Source: a virus (Duplodnaviria > Caudoviricetes). From it: a DNA stretch of 59,491 nucleotides. A model generated the notes under the pieces. The model saw only the letters and a list, made by a program, of their open reading frames with translations. It had not been told where the DNA came from and searched no databases. Positions 1 to 8,994 of the stretch are shown here, in pieces (position 1 is the first letter of the stretch; every line of letters starts with the position of its first letter). The stretch is taken from the IMG/VR virus record IMGVR_UViG_3300044691_000368, positions 1-59,491 of that record; one strand, written 5' to 3'. The position numbers were made by a program, and so were the translations under genes.

Positions 1-215
1 CTGCGGCAGGTTGTGGAGTCATACCGAACTCAGTGCTATCAATGCGAAATAGAGGGAAGGTGTGGGGTCTGCATCAAGGCTGACGCCCTACTTGCAGCAC
101 CCGTAGCTACAAATGCAGGAGAGGAGACGGCTCGCTGCAATTGTAGAACTTTGTGCTCATGCGCCGCCGCCGAAAAGCCACATTGCCATTACTGCAAGTC
201 CAACATGGAGAGCAA

Positions 216-1157
216 GTGATTCACTACCACGGCACGCCTCTTACGCCTGAATCAGCAGCGGCCTCGGTTTTCGCAGGGCGACACGCGATGGTGTCCTTTG
301 CGCACCCTGATCAGTTGCCGTTAGTGGCTGAGGTGTGCCAGTCGTTCGCGCTAGACAACGGAGCTTTCTCTGCGTGGCGTTCAGGCAAACCGATTACAGA
401 TTGGCTACCGTTCCGTGGATGGATCGATGAATGGGCGAGGCATCCCGCCTGCGATTGGTTCCTAATTCCAGATGTGATCGATGGCGACGAACACGACAAT
501 GACAACCTCATATTTGAGTTTCGGGAAGTCAAATCGGGCGTCCCTATCTGGCACCTACACGAGTCCATTACCCGCATCGACAGGCTGATGGAGATGGGAT
601 TCGATCGTATTGCAATCGGGAGCTCTGGCGAGTTCGCAACCATCAAGACAAGCCGCTGGTGGAGTCGTATGGCTGAGGCCATGAAAGCGGTCTGCGACTG
701 CCACGGCAGGCCATACGTGAAGCTACATGGCCTCCGTATGCTCGATCCTGATGTGTTCGGTGCATTCCCCTTCGCAAGTGCAGACAGCACGAATGTAGCG
801 CGTAACGTTGGCCTGGATACGCGATGGCGAGGCACCTATGCGCCAACGAACAAGGCAACACGCGGTCTAGTGTTGGCAAACCGCATCGAAGCGTACCAGT
901 CAGCAGCCGTATGGACGCCTCACATGATTCAAGAAGGCCTAGAACTGTATGACCCCCATCATCAACTAAGTAGCAAGGGAGACAGTGTGAGCATTTACGA
1001 CTATGAAGATTGGGACGTATGCGACAAGCATCGCAAGCTGCATCCATGCCCTGACTGTCGTATTGAATCTGAACGCAGGGAGCACCAGAAGCGGCACGAA
1101 GAATCTGTGGCTCGTCAGCGCAACCAATTGAAGATCGCACCATGGCGAACTAAGTAG
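216..1157 (+). CDS. TGT/DpdA-like (queuine tRNA-ribosyltransferase-like) phage protein with C-terminal Cys-rich extension
   Basis: Motifs IHYHG, FALDNGAFSAW, IPDVIDG, WHLHE, KLHGLRML and ASADSTNVA resemble TGT-fold phage proteins. GTG at 216 overlaps the upstream stop (GTGA). Confidence 0.55.
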   Translation: MIHYHGTPLTPESAAASVFAGRHAMVSFAHPDQLPLVAEVCQSFALDNGAFSAWRSGKPITDWLPFRGWIDEWARHPACDWFLIPDVIDGDEHDNDNLIFEFREVKSGVPIWHLHESITRIDRLMEMGFDRIAIGSSGEFATIKTSRWWSRMAEAMKAVCDCHGRPYVKLHGLRMLDPDVFGAFPFASADSTNVARNVGLDTRWRGTYAPTNKATRGLVLANRIEAYQSAAVWTPHMIQEGLELYDPHHQLSSKGDSVSIYDYEDWDVCDKHRKLHPCPDCRIESERREHQKRHEESVARQRNQLKIAPWRTK

Positions 1158-1166
1158 CAAGGGAGA
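964..1166 (+). repeat. 19-bp direct repeat AACTAAGTAGCAAGGGAGA (964-982 and 1148-1166)
   Basis: Exact duplicate read from the sequence. Each copy contains an SD-like AGGGAG followed closely by a start codon (GTG 987, ATG 1172). Confidence 0.9.
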
Positions 1167-1171
1167 GCACC

Positions 1172-1351
1172 ATGAGCGAATGGATTTCAGTAGAACAGGA
1201 ATTGCCGCCGCTAGACGCTGAAAACTGCTGTATGGATGAAGAGGACTATGGGAGATTCTCTGATCCAGTCCTAGTTTTCGACGAGGACCGCACCCTCTCA
1301 GGCGGTACAGTAGATTTGCAGCAACAGCAACTCCTCGAAGTAACTCCCTAA
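1172..1351 (+). CDS. Small DUF551-like phage protein (59 aa, below the ORF track cutoff)
   Basis: Hand translation MSEWISVEQELPP... gives the typical WISVxxxLP N-terminus; good RBS. Confidence 0.6.
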   Translation: MSEWISVEQELPPLDAENCCMDEEDYGRFSDPVLVFDEDRTLSGGTVDLQQQQLLEVTP

Positions 1352-1426
1352 CGCAGGTATAGCAAGATCGGTAGTTTCGACGATCCGTACTCCGGTGTCA
1401 CCCAAGTCTTTACCCGAGGTACGGCT

Positions 1427-1975
1427 ATGCTCCTAAATGAATCCGCCCTAAGAGACCGGTGCAGCAAAGCGCGGTACAGCATCCTGCAACGCGCGAAGCC
1501 GGTGAAGTGGAAGTCGGGCAAGCGCGAGGGTAAGATCAAGCGCCCTGGCATCGACAAGCTCCCATTCTCAACACAAGATCTTTGGCAACACGCGCTCCGT
1601 CAGGTAGGCGAGGGCGTAAAGCAGTGTCCTTACTGTCGGGAGATCGGGCGGCCGGCGAACCTCATCACCCTTGCAAATTATGTGTGGGACCACAAGGTTC
1701 CTGCGGCCCGCGGCGGTACGCACACACTCGACAATCTCTTTGCGGTTTGCGAAATGTGCAACCGGGAAAAAGGCAATCTCTCTTACGAGTTCTTCATCGC
1801 GGTCATGGCTGCAGTTGAGAAGTGGGACGACCCAAAAGATCGATCGATCTTTCACGCCTGCCTGCGAACGCATGGAATCTCGCAGCGGCTCAGAGGGTTT
1901 CATGGCAAGCCTAAGCCAGAAGCGAAGCCACAGTTACCAACTACCGGAGTCCTTGCCTTACAGGAAGATTTCTAA
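1427..1975 (+). CDS. HNH endonuclease
   Basis: CPYC...DHKVPAARGGTHTLDNLFAVCEMCNREKG. Confidence 0.85.
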   Translation: MLLNESALRDRCSKARYSILQRAKPVKWKSGKREGKIKRPGIDKLPFSTQDLWQHALRQVGEGVKQCPYCREIGRPANLITLANYVWDHKVPAARGGTHTLDNLFAVCEMCNREKGNLSYEFFIAVMAAVEKWDDPKDRSIFHACLRTHGISQRLRGFHGKPKPEAKPQLPTTGVLALQEDF

Positions 1976-2015
1976 AACCACAGCGCACCTATCACCGCCG
2001 TACTGGAGAAGAACG

Positions 2016-2822
2016 ATGAAGCGAATTGTTTTTGCCATGCTGACCGCAACCGTCTTGGTTTTGACGGGCTGCAGTACCGCTACGCCCAATGCAGGATATG
2101 AAGCCGTGCTGGTTGAGAAGCCGTGGGTTTTCGGACACGGGGGCATCGACAATGTTCCGGTTAGGACAGGACAGGAGTACGTTGCATGGTCGACCGACGT
2201 TATTTATGTCAGCATGCAACCGATTCAGGCGCACGTAAAAGCTGACGACATCATGACTAGCGATGGAGTTCCGCTGGGTTTCGATGCGGTGATTCGTGTG
2301 CAAGTTTTAGACAGCGTTGATGTCATCAAGCGTTTTGGCGAAGGCTGGTATGACCAGAACGTTGAACGCCAGTTTTTCAATCTGATCCGCCAGCAGGTTC
2401 GTCAGCACGGAATGAACGAGACCGCTATCCAGCCAACAGCGATTGAGGACATCGACAACAATGTTGCACAGGGCATGGAGAAGTATTTCAAGGATATCAA
2501 CATGCCCGTAAAACTGATTGCCGTCACGGTAGGCCGCGCAAATCCACCAGACTCCATCAAGAATCAGCGTATCGAAACCGCTGCGCAGCAACAGCGCATT
2601 CTCACGGAAGGTCAAAAGAAGCTGGCCGAGGACGCGCGCAAAGCTGCGGAAACGTCTCGCGCCGAGGCGGACAATGCCTTCAGGAACGCCATGCAGATGA
2701 GTCCAGATCAGTACCTAACGCTGGAAAACATCAACATGATCCACGACGTTTGCAAGTCTGGGGCTAAGTGCACCTTCATCTCTAACGGCAGCAAATCTCA
2801 ACCGATTCTGGACGCTCGCTAA
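2016..2822 (+). CDS. SPFH/band 7/prohibitin-domain lipoprotein
   Basis: Lipobox LTGC after MKRIVFAML..., band-7 core (IMTSDGVPLGFD, PPDSIKNQ) and coiled C-terminus; RBS GGAG before ATG 2016. Confidence 0.8.
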   Translation: MKRIVFAMLTATVLVLTGCSTATPNAGYEAVLVEKPWVFGHGGIDNVPVRTGQEYVAWSTDVIYVSMQPIQAHVKADDIMTSDGVPLGFDAVIRVQVLDSVDVIKRFGEGWYDQNVERQFFNLIRQQVRQHGMNETAIQPTAIEDIDNNVAQGMEKYFKDINMPVKLIAVTVGRANPPDSIKNQRIETAAQQQRILTEGQKKLAEDARKAAETSRAEADNAFRNAMQMSPDQYLTLENINMIHDVCKSGAKCTFISNGSKSQPILDAR

Positions 2823-2936
2823 ATGGGCGTGCATGCGGCAGTGCTGCTATTTCTCGCGGCACTGCTCGTACTCCTGATTGCGATACGCCCTCGCTAACAC
2901 CCCACGCACCTCTCACCAGATCGGAGAAATAAAACA

Positions 2937-3500
2937 GTGCCCAAACGAATTGAGAAGTCTACCGAGTACATCCGCCACACCTTCACGCCGGATGAGCGCC
3001 TGAAGATGGGCGACGAACTGGCGCAAGGCCACAACCGCATGGAAGACATTACCGATGAAGAGACGGTAATCAAGGCCCAACTCAAAGAGAAGAAGTCGCA
3101 GGTGGAGGCAACCGTATCGCGCCTGTCTCGCGAACTTGCCAACGGCTTCACCATGAAAAACGTGGAATGCCGTTTGGAGTGGGACAAGCCGAACGTCAAC
3201 GAAGTCTCCTACATCCGCATCGACACCGGAGATGTGATCAAAACGCGGGCATTCACGGAGGCAGAGCGCCAGCAGGATTTGCCGCTTGCTGGTGAAGTCG
3301 TGTTCGTTCCAGCGGATGAGTCTGAGGCGAACATCGCCAAACACTTCGGCTCGGTTGACGGAACGATTGCCATTGATGCCGCTGGTCCGGAAGATGCTGG
3401 CAACTCTGCGGTCGTCGATGCAGCGGAGGAGCGCACCTCAAAGAAGGACAAGGAAGCGAAGGCCGTCCGCGCTGCCACGATCAAACTCAGCAAACTGTAG
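2937..3500 (+). CDS. Hypothetical phage protein
   Basis: 187-aa ORF with GGAG RBS and a coiled-coil N-half. Confidence 0.6.
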   Translation: MPKRIEKSTEYIRHTFTPDERLKMGDELAQGHNRMEDITDEETVIKAQLKEKKSQVEATVSRLSRELANGFTMKNVECRLEWDKPNVNEVSYIRIDTGDVIKTRAFTEAERQQDLPLAGEVVFVPADESEANIAKHFGSVDGTIAIDAAGPEDAGNSAVVDAAEERTSKKDKEAKAVRAATIKLSKL

Positions 3501-3558
3501 CTCACCCTGGCGGCGGGTCCAATCCACTCGCCGCCACCAATTTTAGAAAGAAGATTTC

Positions 3559-4005
3559 ATGACCACTTTGGAAGAGGCCGTAGAAGCTGGCAGGACGCTA
3601 GGTAAAAAGGCTTTGTATTTCGGATGCTGGGATTCGGCGGGACATTATTTGCACGATGTCAGAGGTAGTACGGTCTGGAAGAATCATGGATGGCCCAGTG
3701 ATCTTCCGTGGGATGAATCCATCATGGATGGAACACTTCTCAACAATGGGAAAGTGCCAGACATTCCTTCCGGGAAGGTTTATTGGACGAGCGGAGGGCG
3801 CGACGCATTTTGGTACGCCTTCTACTGGTGGGACCGCTCAGTTGATAAGCGCGGCGCGTGCAACTCCGGTTTCTATGTCCGAGGTTTCGGATACCCAGAG
3901 GCTCAAGATGCTTTTGACTGGGCCTGCTCTCAATTCCCTCATGTTGTCGAAAGGCAAAAGCACCCACTCGTACTACAAAATGCCGTGAGGGGCTCAAGTA
4001 AATGA
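3559..4005 (+). CDS. Hypothetical phage protein (Trp/Tyr-rich)
   Basis: 148-aa ORF in operon orientation, ending next to the dnaB start. Confidence 0.55.
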   Translation: MTTLEEAVEAGRTLGKKALYFGCWDSAGHYLHDVRGSTVWKNHGWPSDLPWDESIMDGTLLNNGKVPDIPSGKVYWTSGGRDAFWYAFYWWDRSVDKRGACNSGFYVRGFGYPEAQDAFDWACSQFPHVVERQKHPLVLQNAVRGSSK

Positions 4006-5405
4006 ATGCTGCCCCCGAGCTAAACCGCCCCACATCCATCCATGCTGAGATAACGATCCTTGGGGCCATGCTGGTGGCACCGGAGAGCGTGCAGGATGCC
4101 CTCGACCTCCTGGTGGCAAGCGACTTTTCTCTTGACAGTCACCGGCGCATCTTTGCCGCGATGGAGCGCCTAGCGAAGCTCTCACAGCCCATCGACATCG
4201 TAACCCTCACGGATGAGTTGAAGCGGAAGAAGGAACTCGACTCCGTTGGGGGCCTGTCCTATATCGCTTCCCTAAGTGAAGGTCTTCCTCGAAAGCTCAG
4301 CATTGAAAGCTACGTCCGCATCGTGCGAGACAAGTCACGGGCGCGGTCGCTCATCAATCTGGCAGAGAGAGCAGCAGAAGAGGCGAGCGACGGGCAGGAA
4401 GAGGCCCAGGTCGTCATCGAACGGGCTATCGAAGACTTCCGTGAGTTGGCAGAGCAGCACCCCGACACGGACATGGAGAGCGTCGGCACCTACCTCGCCA
4501 CCCAGGGGGACGACTCAGAGGCACTGGAGGCCATGGCGACCACTGGCGGCCTGATGCTGGGCTGGACACAGTGGGATGACGTGACAGGGGGACTGCAGCC
4601 GGGGGAGTTGATCGTACTGGCAGCCATGGCAAGTTCTGGCAAGACGGCGTGGGCCTGCAATGCCGTCTATTACACGTCGGTCGTCCTCGGAAAGGTTACC
4701 GCCTACTTCCCTCTTGAGGATGGCCGGGGAGCCGCCGTTCGAAGAATGATCTCCGCAGCCACCGAGGTAGACCACCGCGCCATCCGAGACGGGAACCTTG
4801 GCCCACGCGACCAGTCTCTCATTCTGGAGTGCCGCGCCCAGCTCGCAGCAGCCCCGCTGTACCTCGATGAGACGCCAGAGATGACCATGACGCGCATCAA
4901 GGCGAAGTGCGCCAAACTGAAGCGCCAGAAGCTTGCCGAAGGCCATCCCACCGGCCTCGACTTTGTAGTTATCGACCAGTTGAGCCACACCGAAAACACG
5001 GACGTCTACGAGAGGGGCGTCAATCCAGAGGAGATAATCGGCCGTCAGGCGAAAGCAGCGAAGAAGATGGCCAAAGAACTAGGCGTCCCAGTCGTTTTGC
5101 TTGTCCAGTTGACGCAGGAGGCGGCGAAGCGTACCGACCCAACCCCGAAGATTACGGACATTGCAGGGTCAGGGAAGGTGAAGAATCACGCGGACATCGT
5201 GGCATTCCTGCACCGGCCGGAACTCTTCGACAAGTCCGACGAGGCACTCAAGGGCCAGGGTCACATGATCTTCGCGAAGAATCGGCAGGGCGAGACGAAG
5301 ACCTGCATCTGCACCTACAAGGGGCGCATCCTGAAATGGGAGGACGACACCCCGCCGAGGGCGAAGCAATCATCCTTCGATGCCTACCACGAGGTATACC
5401 GGTGA
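4002..5405 (+). CDS. dnaB: Replicative DNA helicase, DnaB family
   Basis: N-domain AEITILGAML/DFSLDSHRRIF, GLQPGELIVLAAMASSGKT (Walker A), VVIDQL, AKELGVPVVLLVQL, AKNRQG. Confidence 0.95.
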   Translation: MNAAPELNRPTSIHAEITILGAMLVAPESVQDALDLLVASDFSLDSHRRIFAAMERLAKLSQPIDIVTLTDELKRKKELDSVGGLSYIASLSEGLPRKLSIESYVRIVRDKSRARSLINLAERAAEEASDGQEEAQVVIERAIEDFRELAEQHPDTDMESVGTYLATQGDDSEALEAMATTGGLMLGWTQWDDVTGGLQPGELIVLAAMASSGKTAWACNAVYYTSVVLGKVTAYFPLEDGRGAAVRRMISAATEVDHRAIRDGNLGPRDQSLILECRAQLAAAPLYLDETPEMTMTRIKAKCAKLKRQKLAEGHPTGLDFVVIDQLSHTENTDVYERGVNPEEIIGRQAKAAKKMAKELGVPVVLLVQLTQEAAKRTDPTPKITDIAGSGKVKNHADIVAFLHRPELFDKSDEALKGQGHMIFAKNRQGETKTCICTYKGRILKWEDDTPPRAKQSSFDAYHEVYR

Positions 5406-5620
5406 AATAAAACCTCCTGGGTTAGTGGTACTGTAGCGGAGCGAGAAAGTGAGGAGAATAAGTGACGAATCGTTTTCGAGGTAGGCGGTCCGTTCCAGTC
5501 GATGCCGGGTGTTTTCAAAAGTCGCCTAATTTATAGAGCATGGTGGTTGTGGTTTGCCATTGCATTGCTTCGCGTTCCCTTCGACGAGTTCTGTCTAACC
5601 GAAAAGGACTGGAGAGCCAA

Positions 5621-6016
5621 ATGAACCTTGCTGACGAACAACTGGTAGCAGCATCGAAGGCGATGTTTGCATCGAGCCCACAATCAAAGCAATGGCGGGA
5701 GATCGGAAGCCTTGAGAAGCAAATTTACCTCAGCCAGGCCCTTGCCGCCGCTCCCTTCCTGCAGATGCCGTGGGATGAGCCGACAAGAAAGGAGGCGACG
5801 GAATGCTGGCAAGAGACCAAGCATATTAACCCAGTGGGAGTGGCGGTACAAGCGCAAATGGTTGTGTTCGTGCGTCGCCGCAACGCCTCCCTCATCCCCA
5901 AGCCGGTAGACCCAAGGCGGGAGAAAATTCTAGGCGCGATGAGAGATTCGCGACTGGCCATCATCCGCGAATTGCTGGCCGACCGCATCCTCGCCGCTCT
6001 GGACGCAAAGGAGTAG
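5621..6016 (+). CDS. Hypothetical phage protein
   Basis: GGAG RBS before ATG 5621 (MNLADEQ...). Confidence 0.5.
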   Translation: MNLADEQLVAASKAMFASSPQSKQWREIGSLEKQIYLSQALAAAPFLQMPWDEPTRKEATECWQETKHINPVGVAVQAQMVVFVRRRNASLIPKPVDPRREKILGAMRDSRLAIIRELLADRILAALDAKE

Positions 6017-6314
6017 CGCGTGAAGGTTTGGGTCTGCAACCATTACATATCGTTTGAAGGTGAAATTGGCGAGACTCGCGTGTTCGATAGCAAGGAGAAG
6101 GCCGACGCATGGGTAGCTGAGTTTACAAATGAAACTCAACATGAGTGGCGAGAAATCGAAGAACATGAGGTTGGGTAAATGAAGCTCAGCGATTTGGAAC
6201 TCGGAAGTATGCCCGGCATCTCATCGATAGAGAACATCTGGATAGACGGCGTGCATTACGAATTGGCCGATGATGGAGATACGTTGATCGAGACGCCTGA
6301 GATTGGAGAACAGC

Positions 6315-6611
6315 ATGAAGAGATTGGATCCAGAGTTTCAAGCGATGCTTCGTGAGCAGAAAGAATGCAGTGATTTGCTTTATCATGCCAACCGTTCGGT
6401 CATCGTTTTGCATCCCAGGGGCGGAAAGGGTCACGTTCTCATTGACTGTCAAGACGCGGGCACTCGGACAATCCTGACGAGTGTCTTTGATTCCATCGAA
6501 GAGGCAATCCCGCTGATCAAGGCTTGGGCCGCGCATCCTCCCGAAAAGAATCCTGATTTTTTTGGGGCGTGGTTCGATTCTGAGCTTAAACAACAAAAGC
6601 CCACCGCCTGA
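6315..6611 (+). CDS. Hypothetical protein, last gene of the plus arm
   Basis: GGAG RBS; converges on the minus arm ending at 6659. Confidence 0.5.
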   Translation: MKRLDPEFQAMLREQKECSDLLYHANRSVIVLHPRGGKGHVLIDCQDAGTRTILTSVFDSIEEAIPLIKAWAAHPPEKNPDFFGAWFDSELKQQKPTA

Positions 6612-6658
6612 TAGCGATGGGCTCCGTTGGCTCTGGCGATTCTCCGCGACCTCCTCTC

Positions 6659-7135
6659 CTAGTCTGTTTTGTAGGTACACTTCCCGATGAACAGCGGGCT
6701 CAGGTGCAACGTCTCCGGTGTAATGAGCGAAGAGTATTGCGGAAGACAGTTCAGAGGCTCCAGCCCTGATTGCTGCATGAATTGGAGCATCAGAGCCGAG
6801 CAGATAACCTCGTGCTCGGAAACTCCAATCCGGGCATGCAGGGTCAAACCGAGAATGTCTGCGTAGTTGTAGGGAGTCCCAAGCTTGCTTTCCAACCACG
6901 TATAAGCAGCATCAGCCGCTCGATCTAACACTGGAATCGCGTACTGGCGTTCCCGTGTCGGCTTGCAGTAATTCAGCGGCCGGGGCTGCACCCCGGTACC
7001 AGCATGCGCCCCGATCCACGATTGACCATCGCGACTAAGGGCTTCCGTGTGGCACCAAAGAGAATTCGTCTCCCACCCAATCAGGCGAGAGACGAAATCG
7101 GGTTCAAAGATGAAACGGATGGTTAGGTCTGCCAT
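6659..7135 (-). CDS. Permuted papain-like (YiiX/YebB, NlpC/P60-type) peptidase/amidase
   Basis: His motif (SLWCHTE) precedes LGTPYNY and ICSAL (catalytic Cys); ITPETL near the C-terminus. Confidence 0.75.
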   Translation of the reverse strand: MADLTIRFIFEPDFVSRLIGWETNSLWCHTEALSRDGQSWIGAHAGTGVQPRPLNYCKPTRERQYAIPVLDRAADAAYTWLESKLGTPYNYADILGLTLHARIGVSEHEVICSALMLQFMQQSGLEPLNCLPQYSSLITPETLHLSPLFIGKCTYKTD

Positions 7136-7154
7136 TGCCCCTCCGAGTTGAAAA

Positions 7155-7514
7155 CTACAGGCTGGTGGGCAGTGGTGTGAGGTTGCTCGGATCGGTCTTC
7201 ACCAGTGAATCCTGATAAGCCGTGATAGCGTCCGAGATGCCGGAGTCGAGTGCATTGATCTCATTCGCCTGGTTGAGGGTGAAGAGGACGCCTGCAGTTT
7301 TGAGCGCGGCAATCTCAGAGAGGACCGCCTGCAATCCAGCCAGCGCATCGGCGGTCACAGTCTTGTTACCCGAAACCAGCTGAGAGATGAGCGTTGCGAC
7401 CGTCGCCGCGGACGTGCCGACGAGACCGGTGAGGCTGGGAGGGATGACGCCAGCGACGCCGAGGCCGGAGGTGATGATGGGCAGAAGGAGTTGAATGATG
7501 GATGCGATTTCCAA
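7155..7514 (-). CDS. Hydrophobic lysis-region protein
   Basis: TTG start; hydrophobic N-half; follows the lipoprotein gene. Confidence 0.5.
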   Translation of the reverse strand: MEIASIIQLLLPIITSGLGVAGVIPPSLTGLVGTSAATVATLISQLVSGNKTVTADALAGLQAVLSEIAALKTAGVLFTLNQANEINALDSGISDAITAYQDSLVKTDPSNLTPLPTSL

Positions 7515-7522
7515 GGGGTTGC

Positions 7523-7915
7523 CTACTTTCCTGTTACTGGGATGGCCGCTTGAGCAGCGGAGAATGCCGTGTAGACCTTCGCCGCCGCCGCCTGCAGCTG
7601 GCTGGCAGTGTTGGAGGTTGGGAGCGCGTGGTAAGCCTGCTCCAGCGGGTCCGCGAAGTTGAGCGCCTTGTTCAGCGCGACCAGAACGGACTTCTGTGTC
7701 GGTGTCAGTTCGATATGGACTTGCGGGTCGGTCGAGAGCACTGCTTTCGTCAGGGCCGCTGCGAACGCGTGGGCTGGTTGGAGGATCGAGTTGGCGTCCG
7801 CGTCGATCTGGTCCACTGCCATTGCTGGGAGAGGTGCGTGGACTTGTTTCGCGCAGCCAACCATCACTGGCAGGATGCACAGACTGGCTACTAAGGCTAG
7901 AAAAGCTCGCTTCAT
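7523..7915 (-). CDS. Lipoprotein, possible spanin component
   Basis: MKRAFLALVASLCILPVMVGC signal peptide with lipobox-like Cys; lysis-cassette position. Confidence 0.55.
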   Translation of the reverse strand: MKRAFLALVASLCILPVMVGCAKQVHAPLPAMAVDQIDADANSILQPAHAFAAALTKAVLSTDPQVHIELTPTQKSVLVALNKALNFADPLEQAYHALPTSNTASQLQAAAAKVYTAFSAAQAAIPVTGK

Positions 7916-7942
7916 TGTTTGCTCCTTGGGTTGTCCCCGCGG

Positions 7943-8260
7943 CTACTTCGCCGAGGGTTGGGTAGGGTCCGGCACTGCCGGCGTTACGGTGCTGTTGATG
8001 GTGGTATCGGTTTGGACCTTGGTGCCGTCGGGCGCAATCGAGGTCTCGGATGCCTGGAGTTTTTGGATAACCGGGTTGGCCTTTGCATAGTTACCCGCGT
8101 TCGCGCCGAGTGCCTGAAACGCATTGAACATCCACGTCTTCCAGAACCCCCACCATTTCGGGGTTTCTTTCGGTGCCGACGACATGACGGTCGCGAAGAT
8201 GAAGCAAAGCAGAATGACCAAAAATCCGTGGTGGTCCACCCACGCTGTAAAGTTGTCCAT
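7943..8260 (-). CDS. Holin-like membrane protein
   Basis: N-terminal TM (GFLVILLCFIFATVM); downstream of the endolysin. Confidence 0.45.
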   Translation of the reverse strand: MDNFTAWVDHHGFLVILLCFIFATVMSSAPKETPKWWGFWKTWMFNAFQALGANAGNYAKANPVIQKLQASETSIAPDGTKVQTDTTINSTVTPAVPDPTQPSAK

Positions 8261-8272
8261 TGTTTTCCTCGC

Positions 8273-8431
8273 TTACTGTCGAAACCCTCTTCCACCGCAC
8301 CCCTGACACTGATATCCGCCGTACATCCCACGACCGTCGCACGCACTGCATTTCTGCGGTCCAAAGAACCACTTCCCGCCAAGCAGAAGCACGAGGACAA
8401 AGCACAGCACAAACTTCTCTTCGTTTGTCAT
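8273..8431 (-). CDS. Small membrane protein with DnaJ-type zinc finger
   Basis: TM FVLCFVLVLLLGG followed by CSACDGRG and CQGCGGRG; ATGA coupling with the upstream gene. Confidence 0.55.
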   Translation of the reverse strand: MTNEEKFVLCFVLVLLLGGKWFFGPQKCSACDGRGMYGGYQCQGCGGRGFRQ

Positions 8432-8994
8432 TTTGTTATCGGGATGTGCGTAAATACCCACCATGCCATGCCACCGATAAAGGTCAACGCTGCTATGCCG
8501 AACCCTCCAACAAGCACAACGATATTGATGAAGATGACCACGCCAATACCACGCTGCACGAACTTCTCATGCCGGGAAAATGATTCTCTTAGGTGGCCGA
8601 CTTCAGATTCAGTCTTCTCGGATGTCCTTCGGTTCTCTAGGTGCATCCGGTTCTGCTCTCTCTCCGCATCTTGGAGAGCTTCTTTGGCCATCGTCTTCGC
8701 TTCAGCCACGGCATTCAACGCCAACTCCTTCGCGTCTACTACCGCCTGATGAGCGTTATTTTCGATATGCGCTTTGCGCCTTGGTTCGTCCTTGATAAAC
8801 TCCGATACCGGCGCGAAATAGAACTCAATCTTCTCTATGAGCGCGTTGCGAATCTGCGACAGCAACCCCGGATGCCCGTTGTCAAAAAGGCTGTCGACCT
8901 GCTGCGCCATCGCCGCATAATTGACTTCAAGCGTTCTCACTCGAGGCTCCATCGCTTCGTCCTCACACTGCTCACTCGGAACTCGTCTTGACAT
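8428..8994 (-). CDS. Coiled-coil protein with C-terminal membrane anchor (lysis cassette)
   Basis: GGGGAG RBS before ATG 8994; long hydrophobic C-terminal stretch. Confidence 0.55.
   Translation of the reverse strand: MSRRVPSEQCEDEAMEPRVRTLEVNYAAMAQQVDSLFDNGHPGLLSQIRNALIEKIEFYFAPVSEFIKDEPRRKAHIENNAHQAVVDAKELALNAVAEAKTMAKEALQDAEREQNRMHLENRRTSEKTESEVGHLRESFSRHEKFVQRGIGVVIFINIVVLVGGFGIAALTFIGGMAWWVFTHIPITK

Noticed and set aside
1671-2015. N-terminal extension of the SPFH ORF
   Set aside because: It overlaps the HNH gene; the RBS and lipoprotein signal place the start at 2016.
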